In this document: positions 58,008-64,000 of the stretch, piece after piece
Position numbering within the stretch: the first letter of the stretch is position 1
How the letters are laid out: each line of letters opens with the position of its first letter
From: Eledone cirrhosa
Lineage: Eukaryota
DNA length: 64,000 nt
Assembly: GCA_964016885.1 (NCBI GenBank)
Contig: OZ024751.1
Coordinates: 22,134,001-22,198,000 of the forward strand
Reading direction: 5' to 3'
Made by a program: the position numbers and the translations under genes
The notes under the pieces: generated by a model
What the model saw: only the letters and a program-made list of their open reading frames with translations
Database searches by the model: none
Told to the model about the DNA's origin: nothing

Positions 58008-58222
58008 GTTTCTACTTTGGCACAAGGCCAGCAATTACACAGTACATTACTGGTACTTTATTTTATCGACCCTGTAAGGATGCACTGGGTAATATATATA
58101 TATATAACTGTTTCTACTTTAGGCACAAGGCCAGCAATTACCCAGTGCATCCTTACGGGGTCGATAAAATAAAGTACCAGTAATGTACTGTGTAATTGCT
58201 GGCCTTGTGCCAAAGTAGAAAC

Positions 58223-58226
<4 letters not shown>
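58003..58226. repeat. Fold-back made of SINE 3' tails inside (TA)n
   Basis: 58003-58093 is nearly the reverse complement of 58137-58226. Confidence 0.8.
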
Positions 58227-58275
<49 letters not shown>

Positions 58276-58700
58276 TATATACATATAGGCAGTCGTATAC
58301 ACTACAACAAAAACTACGGATGTTTCTTTCTAAAATAGTCTCAGGTAAACCAAGACATACTCTAAAATATTCTCAGATAAAGCAAGACACACTCATGGCA
58401 TAAAAATAATTGAAATAAACAAACAACTAATTTTAATTACATTCGTCGTAATTAAGGATTTCTTCCTTTATTTTTACACCCTGCGGAAGTAGATAAGGAT
58501 GGGTTTCCTTTACGATTAAATCAATAGATCTTGACAGTAAATTCCACTACATGAAATTAAATTCGTTTTTCACTTTTTCTAATTTAACTAAAATTATTTA
58601 TCGGATTAACAAAAAATAACAACTATAGCTGACACAACAATAACCATCGTATATTCATTAAATAGTTTCCTTTTTTTCATTCATTATTTTACAGACTTGG

Positions 58701-58890
58701 AAGGCGGTGGATTGGGAGTATCGGTAGAGGGTCGGACGCCATGCTTTCCAGCATAGTTACGTCCCTTTATGATCTGAGTTCAAATCCCGCCGAGGTTGAC
58801 TTTGCCTTTCATCCTTACGGGGTCGATAAAATAAAGTACCAGTAATGCACTGGGTGATTGCTGGCCTTGTGCCTAAAGTAGAAACAATTA
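58701..58890 (+). mobile_element. tRNA-derived SINE (young, full length)
   Basis: Complete head-core-tail. Confidence 0.9.
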
Positions 58891-59050
58891 TTTTACAGAC
58901 TTGCTTTTGTGTTTTTATACTAACAAATTACTTTACTATCCCTTATTCTGCGTCTACTTACCAAACTTTGTTCTTGATTTCGATTAGTGTATTAATGCGT
59001 ACACACACGCACATGCACACACATGCACACACATACACACCTACACACCC

Positions 59051-59130
<80 letters not shown>

Positions 59131-59143
59131 ATTTATATATATA

Positions 59144-59216
<73 letters not shown>

Positions 59217-59415
59217 TCATTCAGAGACCAACCAGACGTGAGAAAAACCACAGACCCTCCATCTCAAATCACCTTGTGAAAAGCAGAAGAGATTCGGAAC
59301 CGACGGTAAAGGAACCAAATAAATATATATATTTTAAAAAAAAATAAGACTTCAGTTGCATTTTCGATTTCATCTCTTTTTCTTTATATATATACATATA
59401 TATATATATATATAG

Positions 59416-59521
59416 GTAAGTTATTTCGGGTTGAATCGGAGGTAACCACAGTAAGTAAGGTACTCAATACATAGCAGAGTATAAAAGTTTTAATATGGAG
59501 TTCTAGTCCTGTAGAATCTCA

Positions 59522-59530
<9 letters not shown>
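59416..59530. mobile_element. Fragment of the 21.4-21.7 kb HHR family: inverted 3' tail + forward piece
   Basis: 59420-59496 matches the reverse complement of ~21622-21699; gttctagtcctgtagaatctcatctatatta is forward. Confidence 0.75.
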
Positions 59531-59569
<39 letters not shown>

Positions 59570-59724
59570 GGCAAAATTCAGGACCCCGACGGCTGAGCTC
59601 CGGCCGTTTCGACAGCTAGATCCGAATATTTATTATAAGAACAGATTAAAGTTTAAGCAAATCACTGCTTTCACCCTTAACGCTTAACGGGGTCTTTGGA
59701 TTTTAGACTTCACATTTATTATTA

Positions 59725-60400
<676 letters not shown>

Positions 60401-60746
60401 CATTTATATAGATATATATTGAACAAACAAGCGACGGTGGTTGCTAGACACTGTGGCTTAATACGGGATGTTTGTTTACAAACACACCGAGCATTATAAT
60501 AAATGTTTGGTGAATCCATACGTACATATATATATGTGTGCATGTATGTATATATATATATACATACTACTGTACGTCTGTATACATATATATATGTACG
60601 TATACATACTTATATTTAAGTAACAGCCGTACTAAGTGTGGGAAATGAAATTTCGTTTCATTTTTTCCGTTTATATTTATATATATAATTATATGTATAT
60701 ATATATATATATATATAATGTATATATATATATATATATATATATA

Positions 60747-60794
<48 letters not shown>

Positions 60795-60839
60795 GTATGT
60801 ATATATATATGTATATATATATGTATATGTATGTATATG

Positions 60840-60870
<31 letters not shown>

Positions 60871-60975
60871 GTATATGTATATATATATGTATATATATAT
60901 GTATATATATATGTATATATATATGTATATGTATGTATATGTATATATATATATATATGTATATATATGTATATA

Positions 60976-61021
<46 letters not shown>

Positions 61022-61243
61022 GTAAGACCATATAGTATGTTAGACTATAGAACTTTAGACTATAGGAAATGCATATGAAATAACTACGAGAAACGTCCAG
61101 AAAATTCTACCAGCTCCATTTTCTACACCACAGCTCTCTGTTGCAGAGATTAGACGGACAAAACTAAAACAAATGACTATTTAATGGGCTTAAATTATGT
61201 TTGAGAAAGAAAGAATATGGATTAGAATAATCCTCCTGTAGCA

Positions 61244-61822
61244 ATGGTGGTGGTGGTGGTGGCGATGGTGGTGGTGGCGATGGTGGTGGTGGTGATGGTG
61301 GTGATGGTAATGGCGGTGGTGGTGGTGGTGGTGGTGGTGGCGGCGGTGGTGGTGGTGGTGATGGTGGTGGCGATGGTAATGGCGGTGGTGGTGGTGGTGG
61401 ATTTGGGGGTATTGGTGGATGATGGTGGTGGTGGTGGTGGTGGCGATGGTGGTGGTGGTGGTGGTGGTGGTGGTGGTGGCGATGGTAGTGGTGGTGGTGG
61501 TGGTGATGGTAGTGGTGGTGGCGGTGGTGGTGGGGAAGGTACGGTGGCGGTGGTGATGGTAGCTGTAGATTGGCGATGTGGGTAGATTGTTGTTGGTGGT
61601 GAAGGTTGCGTTGGTGGTAGTGGTTTATGTGCTGTTGTTGTTGTTGTTGCTGCTGTTGCTGTTGGTGTTGGTGTTGGTGTTGGTGTTGGTGTTGGTGTTG
61701 TTGTTGGTGTTAACGGTGGATGTGTTGTTGGTAGTTGTGGTGGAGTTGGTGTTGGTGGTGAAAGTTTCGATGGTGGAAGTGGAAGTGTGTTTGCGGTAGT
61801 TTTGCTGGTGGTAGTGTCGTTG

Positions 61823-61854
<32 letters not shown>

Positions 61855-61890
61855 GGTGTTGGCGGTGTTAGCATTGGTGTTAGTGGTGAG
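61244..61890. repeat. (GGT)n/(GTT)n-derived repeat
   Basis: Read directly. Confidence 0.9.
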
Positions 61891-62596
61891 TCAACGACGT
61901 CAACACACCAAACATCACTGCTGCGTCCCTTACAACAGACAACGATTATAAAACTGATTTACGTCGATGACAATGATGATGAAGAGAACGCCGATATATA
62001 TTAACTGTGAAGACGATGACGATGAAAACGATAATATTAATGATAATGTTTTCTTTATTAACCACAAGGGTTTACATAAAGTAGAGATTAAGGACAGTAC
62101 AGGACAATACAGGACGGTACAAATGGGCATTTCTGCGTGTAAAAAAAACAGAGGATGTAATAAAAAATAACAATGAAAAAAAAAAAAAAAATGAAAAAAA
62201 AAAATAATAATATTAATGACAATGGCAACAATAATTCCTGAAATAACAACAGCAGAAATACGCACTTACGAGAGAGCATTTATATCAATATTTCAAGCTG
62301 CTAAAAACCACAGCCTAACAACCCCCAAATTACATTGACTGCGATTCTTTCACTGCGGTCATGCTGGATAACTGTCCAGTTGTCATTCATATCGATTCCA
62401 GTATTTGTTTCCTCTCAAATCTTGTGCTAATTTTATCGATCTGTGATCTGTTTATTATTTTTGTATGGTTAGTCGAATCACTAAAATATGGGACATAAGC
62501 TCACAAACACGCATACACACACATACACACGCTCTCTCTCTCACACACACATACAAACACGCACATACATACATACATTTACACACTCTCTCTCTA

Positions 62597-62675
<79 letters not shown>

Positions 62676-63189
62676 TGACGAGTTTCTGCAGTTTCTGTCT
62701 ACCAAATCCCACTTTTAAGACATTGGTCAACCCGTGGCTGTAGTAGAAATCATTCGCCTAAGGTGATGCCCCACAGTTGGACTTACGGACTGACTATAGA
62801 CTGACATGGCTATAAAATGATCTACACACTAACCATGCCTGCATCTACGGATTTTCACACAAATAAATTTTCCCAATAAACCACATTTCTCATATACTTG
62901 ATGGAATATCGGCCAACAATTATAAAATCAATGTGGAATCCGAATTGGTTCTGCAGTTTTCAATGAAGAAGTCGAACGCCATCATAACTGAATCCCCTTA
63001 TCATTGGTCAGATAATTATCTTTTATAAGAGATTCTGTAGATAATAAGAAGTCAAAAAATGATTCAATTTTCTTATAATGTATAGGAAGAGAATATATTC
63101 CAGTTAATTAAATATCTATTGCCTATTCTTTCCTATGCAAATCCTAACATTATTGTTGTTATCAGTATTATTATTATTATTACTGATTG

Positions 63190-63380
63190 GGGCGGTGGAT
63201 TCGCACATATCGGAAGAGGGTCGGACGCCATGCTTTCCAGCATAGTTACGACCCTTTACGGTCTGAGTTCAAATCCCGCCAAGGTTAACTTTGCCTTTCA
63301 TCCTTACGGGGTCGATAAAATAAAGTACCAGTAATGCACTGGGGTAATTGCTGGCCTTGTGCCAAAAGTAGAAACAATTA
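63190..63380 (+). mobile_element. tRNA-derived SINE (full length)
   Basis: Complete head-core-tail. Confidence 0.9.
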
Positions 63381-63430
63381 TTACTACTGATTGTTAACCT
63401 TCTTCCATGTTATACAGTTATTTACAGCAT

Positions 63431-63470
<40 letters not shown>

Positions 63471-63479
63471 ACATACATA

Positions 63480-64000
63480 CATACGTATATGTGTGTGTAA
63501 ATGTATAGACACACACAAACACACATGTATGTGTATATCGTGTGTGTATATATATATACACACACAAACACACATGTAGGTATATATATATGTGTGTGTA
63601 GACACACACAAACACACATGTATGTGTATATCGTGTGTGTATATATATACACACACACACAAACACACATGTAGGTATATATATGTGTGTGTAGACACAC
63701 ATGTAGGTATATATATGTGTGTGTAAACGTATAGACACACACAAACACACATGTATGTGTATATCGTGTGTGTATATATATATACACACACACAAACACA
63801 CATGTAGGTATATATATGTGTGTGTAGACACACATGTAGGTATATATATGTGTGTGTAAACGTATAGACACACACAAACACACATGTATGTGTATATCGT
63901 GTGTGTATATATATACACACACACAAACACACATGTAGGTATATATATGTGTGTGTAGACACACATGTAGGTATATATATGTGTGTGTAGACACACATGT
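63480..64000. repeat. Compound CA/TA/TG minisatellite (cacacaaacacacatgtaggtatat...)
   Basis: Read directly. Confidence 0.85.

Noticed and set aside
62269-62300. Minus-strand ag...gtaagt small exon candidate
   Set aside because: Stops in all three frames and opposite strand to the other exon candidates

Overview
Eukaryotic, gene-poor, AT-rich window dominated by microsatellites [(TA)n, (CA)n, (GA)n, (CCA)n, (TTC)n], minisatellites and about 30 tRNA-derived SINE copies. The composition and SINE types suggest an octopus (coleoid) intron or intergenic region; this is inference. The only long real ORF is a 5'-truncated but uninterrupted Penelope-like retroelement (RT + CxCx5Cx5C linker + C-terminal GIY-YIG, 40190-41698). 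It sits in (TA)n with an inverted copy of its own 3' region, and both copies carry a type I hammerhead ribozyme (HHR) with a compensatory U3-A8 core. The main hidden pattern: many short unique-looking islands inside (TA)n tracts are remnants of several different HHR-bearing Penelope-type families. About a dozen complete or partial HHR motifs are visible, several with non-canonical cores (UUGAGAA, CAGAAGA, U10.1-U11.1, U17), and they repeatedly show the same 'inverted 3' tail + forward piece' architecture. Also present: RTE-like non-autonomous elements, Tc1/mariner-type MITEs, a decayed R4/Dong-like LINE fragment and two candidate + strand micro-exons (26 nt and 6 nt). All folds and alignments were done by eye and repeat boundaries are approximate.
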